Virus record (IMG/VR): IMGVR_UViG_3300048562_000085
Location: 1 to 38,036 of that record
Reading direction: 5' to 3' (one strand)
Source: a virus
Lineage: Duplodnaviria > Caudoviricetes
DNA: 38,036 nt
This document shows, one piece after another, positions 26,439-35,738 of this stretch. The first letter of the stretch is position 1; each line of letters starts with the position of its first letter. The translations under genes were made by a program, and so were the position numbers. The notes beneath the pieces are model-generated. The model had not been told where the DNA came from. It searched no databases and saw only the letters and a list, made by a program, of their open reading frames with translations.

Positions 26439-27543
26439 GTTTCATGTTGTCGCAAAAGCTGACGGTGTGGCAGAGATCACGATTTACGACGTGATCGATC
26501 GGTATTATGGCATTTCAGCCGCGGCGATTTACGACCAGCTGAAAGCACTCGGAAGCATCAAAAGCATCCGCGTTCGCTTGAACTCAAATGGTGGTTCCGT
26601 CTTTGAGGGGATCGCGATTTACAACCTGTTGAAGCAGCATTCGGCGCGGGTAAATGTTCGGATTGACGGCCTTGCCGCCTCGATGGCGTCCATCATCGCG
26701 ATGGCGGGCGACGACATCGAAATCGGCGACGGCGCCTATTTAATGATCCACGACCCGCTCGGGTCTGTTCGCGGCGACTCGGCAGACATGAGGGAGATGG
26801 CCGACCTCCTAGACAAGATGCGCGATCAGCTTGTTGGAATCTATGCTCGTCGGACTTCCCAATCCGAAGAGCAGATCAAAGAGTGGATGAAAGCCGAAAC
26901 GTGGATGACTGCCGATGAGGCGATTGCGAATCGGTTTGCAGATCGTTCGGTGGCCGGGCTGCAGGTTGCTGCGGTGGCTCCCGTTGATTTATTTGAACAT
27001 CCGCCGCAAGCCCTACTGGCAAAGCGGCACACCAAAACCAAAGGAGACTCAGACATGGCGGAAAACTCCGCACCAAAACCGGCGACGTGGCATGAGCTGA
27101 AGAATTGCTGCCCGGGGGCCGATGCCGATTTCCTCGGCAAGCAGATGGACTCGCAGGCCACCGCCGAAGACGCCACCAAGGCCTGGATGGGCGAATTGCA
27201 GCGGCGTTCCGAAGCCGATGCGAATGCTCGCAAGGACGCCGAGGCGGCCACGGCCGAGGCTCAGAAGCAGGCCGCCGACGCCAAGGCTGAGGCCGAGAAG
27301 GCGAAGTCCGTAAAGCCGGGTGTTGAAATGCTCGGCGGTGGAACCTCCAAGGGTGGCGGGTCCGAGTCCGGCGATCCTCGGGCCGAGTTCGAGGCTGCGG
27401 TCGACGAAAAGTTGAAAACCGGCCTCTCCCGAGTCGAGGCCATCAAGGCAGTTGTCAAGGCCAACCCGGAGTTGCACGCAGCCTACGTGCAAGCCCACAA
27501 CGCCGCGGTCGGTCCGTCGTCCTTTAGCGGTGCCCGGGCGTAA
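26431..27543 (+). CDS. ClpP-like prohead protease with C-terminal scaffold region
   Basis: LNSNGGSVFEGIAIYN, DGLAASMASII (Ser), LMIHDP (His), ETWMTADEA; Ala/Glu/Lys coiled-coil tail. Confidence 0.93.
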   Translation: MNKFHVVAKADGVAEITIYDVIDRYYGISAAAIYDQLKALGSIKSIRVRLNSNGGSVFEGIAIYNLLKQHSARVNVRIDGLAASMASIIAMAGDDIEIGDGAYLMIHDPLGSVRGDSADMREMADLLDKMRDQLVGIYARRTSQSEEQIKEWMKAETWMTADEAIANRFADRSVAGLQVAAVAPVDLFEHPPQALLAKRHTKTKGDSDMAENSAPKPATWHELKNCCPGADADFLGKQMDSQATAEDATKAWMGELQRRSEADANARKDAEAATAEAQKQAADAKAEAEKAKSVKPGVEMLGGGTSKGGGSESGDPRAEFEAAVDEKLKTGLSRVEAIKAVVKANPELHAAYVQAHNAAVGPSSFSGARA

Positions 27544-27608
27544 CCGGGGAATCCGTTTGTAACTCGAACAACACGGGGAATACCCGACAAGTCAAGGAGA
27601 AAAAGCAG

Positions 27609-28703
27609 ATGAGTCAGCAAACTGACGGAATGCGGAAAACGTTTATCGCCGGGACGGACTTGCAGCCGAATCGGCGGGTCAAGATCACCGATGCGACGAC
27701 TAGCCCGAAGACCGTGGGCTATGCCGGGGCGACGGATCCGGCCGTCGCCTGGACCGAGGATTTTGTCTTATCCGGGAAGAACTTCTCGGCCAAGTTGGCC
27801 AACGGTCAGGGCACGGTGAAGGCGTCTGCGACCGAAACCATCACCGGGGGAAATCCCGTCTACGCCGCCGCCAGTGGCCAGGTCGCGTCCAGCGGCACGG
27901 TCGTCGAGGGGAAGGCCCTGGAGACGGTAACCACTTCGGGCGATGTGCTGGAAGTGCTGCCGACGCACAACAGCGACATCTCCACCGCGATCGCCGGCAC
28001 AACCGCCGCGGCCTTCGAGGTGGACAACGATTCGGCCACGCCGAAAATTGCCCTGTCTGGCCAGGCCGCCGGAACTGGCGATTTCACCACGACGCTGAAG
28101 CCGGAATCGACCCTGAGCGCCGACAACGCCATCATCGTGCCCGAGTCCGATGGCGATACGCTGGCGGCCCTCGGGCTGGCTCAGACGTTCACGGCGCGCA
28201 AGAAGTTCACCGGCAACACTGCCAATACGGCCGGCGTTGGCATCACCGGCACGGCGGCGTCGTTCGTCGCGACCGTGACGCAACTCGGAACGATCATCAA
28301 GACGGAAATCTTGATCGACCTGACCGGGCTCAACAGCGGAGGAAGTGCCGACGACATCATCGGAGCCAACGGGGCCGGCGTGGCTCACCTCGGCCAGATC
28401 ACCGACGCCGTCAACGGCACGATCATCGCCGGGCGCCTGACGTGCCTCGAGACGCCCGCGACGGGCGACAACGACATCAACGTATTCTCGGCGACCGAAG
28501 CCACCGGAGTGGAGGATACGGCGATCAGCGCGTTGACCGAAACCGCGCTGTGCAACTCTGGCGATCTGACGGCCGGGACGGTGGTCGCTTTGACTCCGCC
28601 GGCCGCGGATCAGTATCTGTACCTCACTGGTGGCACTGGCGACGCCAATGCCACCTATACCACCGGGATTTTGCTTTTGGAATTCTGGGGGAAAGCAGCG
28701 TAA
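27609..28703 (+). CDS. Capsid decoration/cement protein (DUF2190-like N-terminus) with fibre-like extension
   Basis: ITGGNPVYAAASGQV...GKALE.....GDVLEV cement motif in the first ~120 aa; AAGGAG RBS; sits between protease and capsid. Confidence 0.72.
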   Translation: MSQQTDGMRKTFIAGTDLQPNRRVKITDATTSPKTVGYAGATDPAVAWTEDFVLSGKNFSAKLANGQGTVKASATETITGGNPVYAAASGQVASSGTVVEGKALETVTTSGDVLEVLPTHNSDISTAIAGTTAAAFEVDNDSATPKIALSGQAAGTGDFTTTLKPESTLSADNAIIVPESDGDTLAALGLAQTFTARKKFTGNTANTAGVGITGTAASFVATVTQLGTIIKTEILIDLTGLNSGGSADDIIGANGAGVAHLGQITDAVNGTIIAGRLTCLETPATGDNDINVFSATEATGVEDTAISALTETALCNSGDLTAGTVVALTPPAADQYLYLTGGTGDANATYTTGILLLEFWGKAA

Positions 28704-28805
28704 CCTGACAACCGAACCCTGGGGCCGCCGGTCATCCGACGGCTCTTCGAGGGCCACGGCCGGGAGTAGCTATCCGGTATCGCGACCCGAATCGCTTGGC
28801 CTTCG

Positions 28806-28837
28806 GGGGCCGTGCGGAGAACCGCCGGCCCCTTTTT
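28806..28837 (+). terminator. Terminator-like hairpin directly before the capsid RBS
   Basis: GGGGCCG-T-GCGG-AGAA-CCGC-CGGCCCC followed by TTTTT. Confidence 0.65.
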
Positions 28838-28853
28838 CATTGGAGACCAAGCG

Positions 28854-29849
28854 ATGCCAGCACCAAGTCAAGCCCTGAACGGGTTTCGCCCCGACCTGGG
28901 GATGTTGTTCCAGTTCGACATGGAGATGAACCGCAACGGGTTTATCGCGAACCGCGTTGCCCCCGTCGCCAACGTGGCCGACCAGAAGGGCACGATGGGG
29001 GTGATCGAGCTCAAGCAGTTCTTGAAGCATCCGGAAACCGGCCGCGATTCCCGCGGGAATTACAACCGCACCGGGTACAACTTCAAGGACTTCACCTACG
29101 AAACCGAGGAGAACGGCATCGAACTTCCGATCGACCGGCGGAGAGCCAAGATCTACCGTGAGTGGTTCGATTTCGAAGCGATGTCTACCCGCGTTGCTCT
29201 CGACATCGTGCTCCGCGCGTACGAGTACCGCGTGGCGAACCTGCTCTACAACGCGACGACATTCGCGAGCAACAAGACCGACATCACGCACGAGTGGAAC
29301 GACTGGACGAACGCCACTCCGATCACTGACGTGATGAAGGCCAAACAGGCGATGTGGGTGGCGACCGGCCTCTACCCGAACGCGTTGATTTGCAACAAGC
29401 GTCAGGCTGACAACTTGGCCATGAACGCGCAGGTCATCGACAAGCTCGAGTCTGGAGGCGCTGGCCAGTCGGTTAAGCCTGGAGACATCACGTTGGCCCA
29501 GCTCGCCGCCTGTCTGAAGGTCGACGAGATCGTCGTGTCCAACGCGGCCCGTGATTCCGCCAACGAGGGTCAGACCGTATCCATCGCGCCGATGTGGAGC
29601 GACGAGTACGCCATGCTCGCCCGGCTCGCTCGTACGACGAACCCTGAGGAACCGTCGCTTGCTCGGACGGTCCACTGGAGCGAAGACGGTTCGCAGATCG
29701 GCGGCACGATCGAGATGTACTACGAGGATTCCAGCCGCGGCGACGTCGTGCGGGTGCGCCACGAAACCGAGGAGAAGATCTTCTACACAGCGCTCGGCCA
29801 CTTGTTCACGAACGTGATCGATGCCACCGGAGGCGACGACGTACCGTAA
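28854..29849 (+). CDS. Major capsid protein (lambda gpE-like)
   Basis: 331 aa; FIANRVAP...YEYRVA...WND..NATPI.DV...PNALI pattern; GGAG RBS; position. Confidence 0.85.
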   Translation: MPAPSQALNGFRPDLGMLFQFDMEMNRNGFIANRVAPVANVADQKGTMGVIELKQFLKHPETGRDSRGNYNRTGYNFKDFTYETEENGIELPIDRRRAKIYREWFDFEAMSTRVALDIVLRAYEYRVANLLYNATTFASNKTDITHEWNDWTNATPITDVMKAKQAMWVATGLYPNALICNKRQADNLAMNAQVIDKLESGGAGQSVKPGDITLAQLAACLKVDEIVVSNAARDSANEGQTVSIAPMWSDEYAMLARLARTTNPEEPSLARTVHWSEDGSQIGGTIEMYYEDSSRGDVVRVRHETEEKIFYTALGHLFTNVIDATGGDDVP

Positions 29850-29854
29850 CCATC

Positions 29855-30226
29855 ATGACGGCCTTCGATTCGCTCTACGAAACGGCGGAGACCGCCTACG
29901 CCGATCTGTTCGGCGAGGCGGTCGCGCTCTCTCGCGGATCGCATTCGACCGCGGGGGTGGCCGCTTCGTGGATTGGTCAGAGTTCGAATATTGATACCGG
30001 GACGCAAGAGTGGATTCCGACCTCGTTCGTGGAACGCGAGTGGATTGTGGTCAAATCGGGGTACGTGATCGACGGGGTCGCTGTAGTCCCGGTCGCGGGC
30101 GATCGGCTGACTGATGCCGACGGTGCGATGTGGGAAGTAATGAACCAGCCCAATATGCCGGCGTCCGAGAGTTACGGCGGTGGCCTGGAGTGGTTGTTGA
30201 GGACGAAGCGAATTTCTGGTGCCTAA
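29855..30226 (+). CDS. Putative head-tail joining protein (gpFII-like)
   Basis: Position after the capsid gene; P.AGDRL...WEV motif. Confidence 0.6.
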   Translation: MTAFDSLYETAETAYADLFGEAVALSRGSHSTAGVAASWIGQSSNIDTGTQEWIPTSFVEREWIVVKSGYVIDGVAVVPVAGDRLTDADGAMWEVMNQPNMPASESYGGGLEWLLRTKRISGA

Positions 30227-30242
30227 CAAAAAAGGTTCCGTG

Positions 30243-30695
30243 ATGGGAAAGTCGCAATCAATCGCCGTGGCCGTCGCCGAGGGGGTCCGCGACCTTCTCC
30301 GTGCCCGTACTGGGACGCTCAATCCTGAGTATGGACGCACCTACGACACAACGATGAAGTTAGAGGATATGGGGGTCCTCCACGTTGACGTCGTCGGTGC
30401 CGGGCACAAGCTGACTCCAATTGCGAGGGATATCATTGCGCGGGACCCGATTGTCCAGGTCGTCATCAGGAAGAGGCTGTCAAACCCAACGCGAGATGAT
30501 GACGACAACGAGCAAGACCGCCTCGCCCTCCTGACTGAGGAAATCGAATGTTTCTTTGCCCAGCAATGGCTTGGTGGATATCCGGCGTCGTGGCAGGCAT
30601 GCGAGACGGTTGGTCCGGTGGATGAACACTATGCGAAGTGGAGACAATTCACCACGATCATCACGATGACATTCCGTGTTGCCGGAGAGGAATGA
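30243..30695 (+). CDS. Putative tail terminator protein
   Basis: Position, size, C-terminal FTTIITMTFRV; start could be GTG at 30219. Confidence 0.55.
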   Translation: MGKSQSIAVAVAEGVRDLLRARTGTLNPEYGRTYDTTMKLEDMGVLHVDVVGAGHKLTPIARDIIARDPIVQVVIRKRLSNPTRDDDDNEQDRLALLTEEIECFFAQQWLGGYPASWQACETVGPVDEHYAKWRQFTTIITMTFRVAGEE

Positions 30696-31081
30696 GCATG
30701 TTCACGGCGAGCGCAAAGACCATCGACAACACGCCGGCCGTCAGGAAGGCGAGCGACGATTCCAGCTTGGAGAGCCTGTCGCGAATTGGCTTCGAAGTTC
30801 GGAAAGAGATTGTCGAATCGATCGAGTCGTCGGCATCGCCATCGAGGCCAGGGGACCCGATCCACACGCGCCGAGGTCTCGCCCGCCGCGCGATGCGGTA
30901 CGCCGTCGACAAACCGAATCAGAACGTGGTTATCGGTCCAAGGTTTTCGGCCGTCGGACGATCAATCGAACCGCATGAACATGGTGGACCATACAAGGGG
31001 GTGAATTACCCGGCCAGGCCAACGGCGGAGCCAGCCCTGGCGAGAGTCGCGCCGAGAATTGGCCCGATGTTCAAACACTAA
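30692..31081 (+). CDS. Putative tail completion protein (HK97 gp10-like)
   Basis: S.PGDP.HTRRG...HEHGG...YPARP..EPAL motif; ATGA overlap. Confidence 0.65.
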   Translation: MSMFTASAKTIDNTPAVRKASDDSSLESLSRIGFEVRKEIVESIESSASPSRPGDPIHTRRGLARRAMRYAVDKPNQNVVIGPRFSAVGRSIEPHEHGGPYKGVNYPARPTAEPALARVAPRIGPMFKH

Positions 31082-31109
31082 TTCCCGCATTTTTCGAAAG
31101 GAAAACGAT

Positions 31110-31532
31110 ATGGCAGGCATTACGAAACTTGGACCCGATGGAGTTCTTTATTACGGCGGCGCCGGCGGAACGGCCTCCACTGTTGTCACGACGATTCGCG
31201 ACGTCACGATCAAAACTGATCCCACGAAGGCCGACACATCGAGTCGCGACAGCAAGATCGACACCGAGCAGACGGTTGGTCTGAAGGTGTCCATCGACTT
31301 CGAAATGCTCAACAAGTCAAACAATACCGTGCTGACCGCGTTGTTGGCAGCGGCGGCCGCCGGCAATCCCGTCGCTCTCAAGACCCGCGACTATATGGGC
31401 GGGCGCGGATGGGACGGGGATTTCGAACTCTCCATGGAGAACGGACAGCCGTATCGAGGCGAGCAGACCTACAAGTTCACTGCGACGCCTTCGGACGCGT
31501 CGGCGCGCGTTCCGACCTGGACGACGGGCTGA
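31110..31532 (+). CDS. Tail tube protein
   Basis: IRDVTI.....ADTSSRDS.....V.L..SIDFEM tube motif; AAGGA RBS. Confidence 0.75.
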   Translation: MAGITKLGPDGVLYYGGAGGTASTVVTTIRDVTIKTDPTKADTSSRDSKIDTEQTVGLKVSIDFEMLNKSNNTVLTALLAAAAAGNPVALKTRDYMGGRGWDGDFELSMENGQPYRGEQTYKFTATPSDASARVPTWTTG

Positions 31533-31594
31533 CGCAGCTGGGGTTGTCCATGGATCCAGATTTCAAGTCAATCAAGCGTGAAAGGGTACAGACA

Positions 31595-32197
31595 ATGCCT
31601 ACTGCGAGCAAAGAAGTCACGATCGTCGTCAATGGGATTCCCGTGGGAGTCCAGCTCAATGAGACCGCAGACGGGGGCGGAAACCGATTGGTTACGTTGC
31701 CGATCGGGAAGGCGGCGACGGACTGGATCAAGACCGACGCCAACACGGCAGCCTGCAACCTTGCGGCTGGCCATGGGATCGTGACCGGCAAGTGCGACGT
31801 TTGGTGGGACGCCGGCTATCGCTACGGCGTCGACGTCACCGTCACCGTCAACGCCCTGGCGCTTGATGGCGGGGCCGGGACCGACTTCCCGGCAAATGCA
31901 GAGGATTCGGTGGTCGTCACCCAGCAGGTAAAGATCGATTTTCCGGTCGACGGCGACAACCTCGCGGCGATCGTCATATCCTGCGACCAGGAATGCCATC
32001 TCAATTTCCAAGAATCGGACAACACGAGCATCTACCCGCTGCACATCGACGCCGCCGCGGAGTGGGATTGGTTCCTGTCCAGCGGCATCGCAAACTCGCT
32101 GACTGGCGATGCCGCCGGCCACATCATGGCGAGCAACAGCAGCGCAGTGACGGCAGCAACCCTGACGATCGCGTATGTCTATGATTCGACCCCGTAA
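31595..32197 (+). CDS. Hypothetical virion-associated beta-rich protein
   Basis: Between the tail tube and chaperone genes; ATG at 31595 preferred. Confidence 0.6.
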   Translation: MPTASKEVTIVVNGIPVGVQLNETADGGGNRLVTLPIGKAATDWIKTDANTAACNLAAGHGIVTGKCDVWWDAGYRYGVDVTVTVNALALDGGAGTDFPANAEDSVVVTQQVKIDFPVDGDNLAAIVISCDQECHLNFQESDNTSIYPLHIDAAAEWDWFLSSGIANSLTGDAAGHIMASNSSAVTAATLTIAYVYDSTP

Positions 32198-32216
32198 CGA
32201 CGAAAGGCGGTGAAAC

Positions 32217-32792
32217 GTGCGTAGGTTCAAAGATGGGAAGGGCCGCGAGTGGGAAATCGCGGTGACCTATGGCCTCTGCCGGAGGCTGAAAGCCGATCTG
32301 GCGCAGCAGGGAATCAACCTCCTCGAGCCATTGCTGCCCCGTGGAGTTGACCCAGCGTCTCCGGAGGCGAAGTCGATCGACAAGGCAAAGCGGCCGACGC
32401 TTTTCGCGGAGTTGCAGACGGACCTGCTCTTATTCTTCGATCTCCTGGAAGCGATCGTGGCCCCGCAACTCAAAGAAGCTGGCGTCGACAAGGATGGCGA
32501 AAACGGCTTCGGTTGCGCCATGGCCGGCGACCATATCTTCGCCGCACAAACCGCGTTCGTCGAGGAGTGGAGCGATTTTTTCCAGAGTCTCCATCGCACC
32601 GAGATTGTGACCGCAATGGGCAAGAGCCAGGCCTGGTGGGAGAAGGCGGTGAAGGCGATGGAGGCGCAGGTAACGGACTCCCGGCTGGACGCGGCAATGG
32701 AAAGGAAGCTCGCCGAAGTAACGAGCAGCGGATCTGGGAAGCTGCTGGCATTACTGGACTCAATCCCATCGACCGCACCCTCCGGGAATTAG
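32217..32792 (+). CDS. Tail assembly chaperone (gpG-like)
   Basis: Position before tape measure; MRRFKD..GREW start; EEWSDFF motif. Confidence 0.7.
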   Translation: MRRFKDGKGREWEIAVTYGLCRRLKADLAQQGINLLEPLLPRGVDPASPEAKSIDKAKRPTLFAELQTDLLLFFDLLEAIVAPQLKEAGVDKDGENGFGCAMAGDHIFAAQTAFVEEWSDFFQSLHRTEIVTAMGKSQAWWEKAVKAMEAQVTDSRLDAAMERKLAEVTSSGSGKLLALLDSIPSTAPSGN

Positions 32793-33004
32793 AGTGGGCC
32801 GCGGTCGCCAAGCGGCGCGATGCGTGGGACAGGGCGGGAAAAATATGCGCGACCGTAGCCGCGTTTTCCTCCGGAGAATCGCAGCCGGAATGGCTGTTTA
32901 ACCCGTTCATGGATGAGGACGATGCGGATCGAGGGACTACCCGCGAGATGACCATGGACGAAGCGGAAGCGGAGGCCCGCGCCGCCGGCTTGTGTAGGGA
33001 GTGA
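32576..33004 (+). CDS. gpT-like frameshift extension of the tail chaperone (start uncertain)
   Basis: The -1 frame is open from 32513 to 33004 and ends 4 nt before the tape measure gene; IWEAAGITGLNP...TLRELEW reads as real coding sequence. Confidence 0.55.
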   Translation, partial: FFPESPSHRDCDRNGQEPGLVGEGGEGDGGAGNGLPAGRGNGKEARRSNEQRIWEAAGITGLNPIDRTLRELEWAAVAKRRDAWDRAGKICATVAAFSSGESQPEWLFNPFMDEDDADRGTTREMTMDEAEAEARAAGLCRE

Positions 33005-33008
33005 CATT

Positions 33009-35735
33009 ATGGGTTCGCAATCCGATGTGAGGCAAGGCCGGGCATACGTGGAGCTCTACGTCAAGAATTCCGCGCTGGTCAAGGGACTAGCCGACGCGCG
33101 GCGGCGTCTGCTCGACTTTGGCGCCGGAATCGCGACCGTCGGAAAATGGATGATGGGCATGGGCACGGCCATCATCGCCCCGCTGACGGCAATGGTCGCA
33201 CATTTCGTTTCGGTGGGCGACTCCCTGGAGCACATGAGCGAGTGCACGGGAATGAGCGTGCAATCTCTCTCGGAGCTCCGGTACGCCGCGGGCCAGACCG
33301 ACGTCGAGCTCGAGGCCGTCGAGACAGGCGTCAAAAAGATGCAAAAAGCCATCTTGGATGCTGCCCAGGGTGGCGAGGCGGGGACGTCGGCTTTAGCAGC
33401 CCTGGGGCTCACGATCGCCGACGTTGCCCAGCTGTCCACCGACGGGCAGTTCAACCTGATCGCCTCACGCCTGGCGGAGATCGCCAACCCGACAGAACGT
33501 GCTGCAGTGGCGATGAAGATCTTCGGAAAAAGCGGGACCGCGTTGCTTCCGATGATCGGCGAGCTCGACACGCTACGGGCTCGAGCCCGCGAGCTTGGTC
33601 TCGTGATGACCAACGAGGACGCCGCCGCCGCTGGGGCCCTAGAACAGGCCTTCAAGAGCCTACGCGCGGTCGTTTTCGCGGTCGGCAACGGATTCGCCGC
33701 CACGGTCGCCCCGGCCGTCACGGCCTTCATATGGTCCGCGACCAATGCCGCCGTCCAGACAAAGGAATGGGTGAAATCAAATGTCGCCCTAATTGGTTCT
33801 GTGGTCCGGATTTCGGTCGGGGTCGCGGCCGCGGGCGCTGCCATCTACGCCTTCGGGACGATCGTAGCGGGCATTGGGGGAGTTCTTGGCGCGATTCGTG
33901 CTTCCATCCTGTGGGCGGCCGGCGGAATAGAGATGTTGCGATTGGCATTTCAGGCCGTCGTCATTCCGTTCACGCTGATTGCCGCGGCGGGCCGGTTGCT
34001 TGTGGGGATACTCTCCGCCCTTCGGATCGGGGCGATCGCTGCCGGAGCTGCACATCTGGCGTTTTCGGCCGCGACGACGGCAATGTCGGCGGCGATGTCC
34101 CTCGGTCAACTGGGAATTCTCGGTATTACGTCCGCCGCCAGGTTCGCGGCCACGGGCGTCGCGCTGGCTTCTGATGCCATGGCCATGTTTTCGCGTATCG
34201 CTACAGTGGCCACGGCGGTCGGCCTGAGAGCCTTTGAAATCGCCGCCCTTTCCCTTGGGGTGGCCGTCAGTCTGGGCGTCAGCGCGATCGGTGGACTCGT
34301 AACGGCTATTTCTGCGATACCGACGCTGTTTTCCTCGGCCGTGACGGCGGTTTCTTTCATGGTGGACGCGTTTGGCGTTCTGGGATCGGTGGCGAAGGTG
34401 ACGCAGTATGCGGTCACCACTGTAGGGGCGGCGGTCGCTTCAGTTGCGCAGGCCGGCCTCGCAATGATGAATTTCGCCACGTTCCTAACCGCTATCGGGA
34501 CCGCATTGGCATCTGTAATTGGTTTGGCAATCCTGTTCGTGCTCCCCGTCATGGCAATCCGGGCGACAGTGGCTTCCCTGTTGCCGGTGTTTGGCAATAT
34601 GGCATCGGCGATTGCTGGGGGAATGCGATCGGCGGCGAGTGCGGCCGCCTCGGGCGCTCAATCGCTGGGCGCGGCGATTGTTGCAGGCACCGGCTCGGCC
34701 ATGAACGGCTTGGCGGCGATTTTCGGGAATATCGCCACGATGGCGACCGCGACGTTCAATAGCGCAATTGCCGGCTTTCTGGCTGCTTGGGGCACGCTTC
34801 GGGCCGATATCGAGGCCGGATGGGGCGCCATTAGTGCAGCGATCTCCGCCGGAGACTTGAAATCGGCTATCAGGGTGGCCTTGGCCGGCGCCATGCTCGA
34901 ATGGGAGAGATTCCGGGCATGGATGGAGGGCATGTGGAACGACCTAAGACCCACCTGGAACACGGCTGTCGAGACGGCCGCCGCCTCGATCGGGACGCTG
35001 TTTGCCAATGCCGAGATTGCTTGGGGTGATCTCTGGGACGGCGCGCAGAATGGTCTGCGCCAGTTCTTGGCGGCGTTTGATACGGCGATCGACAACATCT
35101 GGAAAATGGTCAAGGCGATTCGAGATGAATATAACTGGTGGACTCGTGGGGATTTCTGGCAGGATAAGGAACAACAGAAAAAGGATGATGCGGAGTTTGC
35201 GCGGATCTCTGGAAAATCCAATTTAGCCGGCGCAATTGCCCCCAGTCGCAGCCCCGAAGAGAAAGCAGCGCAAGATCAGGCAGCCCGCGATCGCGGGAAG
35301 GGGGTAGCCACTGCGATCACCGGCGCCGCGTCATCGCCGGCGAGGCCCTGGGCTGAAGAGTTGGCGGACCAGCAGAATGCGATCGACCGGGTAAATGCCG
35401 CCGAGGCAAACTTTGCCCAGGCCCGGAAGGATGCGATCGACGCGGCCACAAAGGCAGAGGACGCCAAGGAGGCCCGCCGAAAAGAAGCGGAGGCCGCCGC
35501 CCTGAAACGCGTTGGAGGCGCCGATCCGGAGGGCATCGAGGCTAAGGGGGCGGTTACAACCTCGAGCGCGGGAACGTTCAGCGCTCGAGGGGCAATGCAG
35601 ATGGGCGCAGAAAGTGTCCAGGGACGGATTTTGCGCGAGGCCCAGGACGCGCGGCTGCAACGGGACAAACAAATCAAAGTCAACGAGGACATGCTCATTG
35701 AGCAGCGTGGCCTCCGTTTTCAGTTCACGGGGTAA
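33009..35735 (+). CDS. Tape measure protein
   Basis: GRAYVEL start, LS.L.YAA, AMKIFGKSGTALLPM; Ala/Gly-rich helical repeats. Confidence 0.92.
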   Translation: MGSQSDVRQGRAYVELYVKNSALVKGLADARRRLLDFGAGIATVGKWMMGMGTAIIAPLTAMVAHFVSVGDSLEHMSECTGMSVQSLSELRYAAGQTDVELEAVETGVKKMQKAILDAAQGGEAGTSALAALGLTIADVAQLSTDGQFNLIASRLAEIANPTERAAVAMKIFGKSGTALLPMIGELDTLRARARELGLVMTNEDAAAAGALEQAFKSLRAVVFAVGNGFAATVAPAVTAFIWSATNAAVQTKEWVKSNVALIGSVVRISVGVAAAGAAIYAFGTIVAGIGGVLGAIRASILWAAGGIEMLRLAFQAVVIPFTLIAAAGRLLVGILSALRIGAIAAGAAHLAFSAATTAMSAAMSLGQLGILGITSAARFAATGVALASDAMAMFSRIATVATAVGLRAFEIAALSLGVAVSLGVSAIGGLVTAISAIPTLFSSAVTAVSFMVDAFGVLGSVAKVTQYAVTTVGAAVASVAQAGLAMMNFATFLTAIGTALASVIGLAILFVLPVMAIRATVASLLPVFGNMASAIAGGMRSAASAAASGAQSLGAAIVAGTGSAMNGLAAIFGNIATMATATFNSAIAGFLAAWGTLRADIEAGWGAISAAISAGDLKSAIRVALAGAMLEWERFRAWMEGMWNDLRPTWNTAVETAAASIGTLFANAEIAWGDLWDGAQNGLRQFLAAFDTAIDNIWKMVKAIRDEYNWWTRGDFWQDKEQQKKDDAEFARISGKSNLAGAIAPSRSPEEKAAQDQAARDRGKGVATAITGAASSPARPWAEELADQQNAIDRVNAAEANFAQARKDAIDAATKAEDAKEARRKEAEAAALKRVGGADPEGIEAKGAVTTSSAGTFSARGAMQMGAESVQGRILREAQDARLQRDKQIKVNEDMLIEQRGLRFQFTG

Positions 35736-35738
35736 GAC

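Noticed and set aside
28721-28837. Intergenic structure as a tRNA
   Set aside because: It has no T-loop GTTC motif, no canonical cloverleaf spacing and no CCA end; kept only as an unknown structured element.
27768-29801. Long minus-strand ORFs 27768-28757 and 28770-29801 (also 5310-6275, 6990-7778, 9760-10755, 21625-22752)
   Set aside because: They are antisense shadows of well-supported + strand genes in GC-rich DNA and carry no recognisable motifs.
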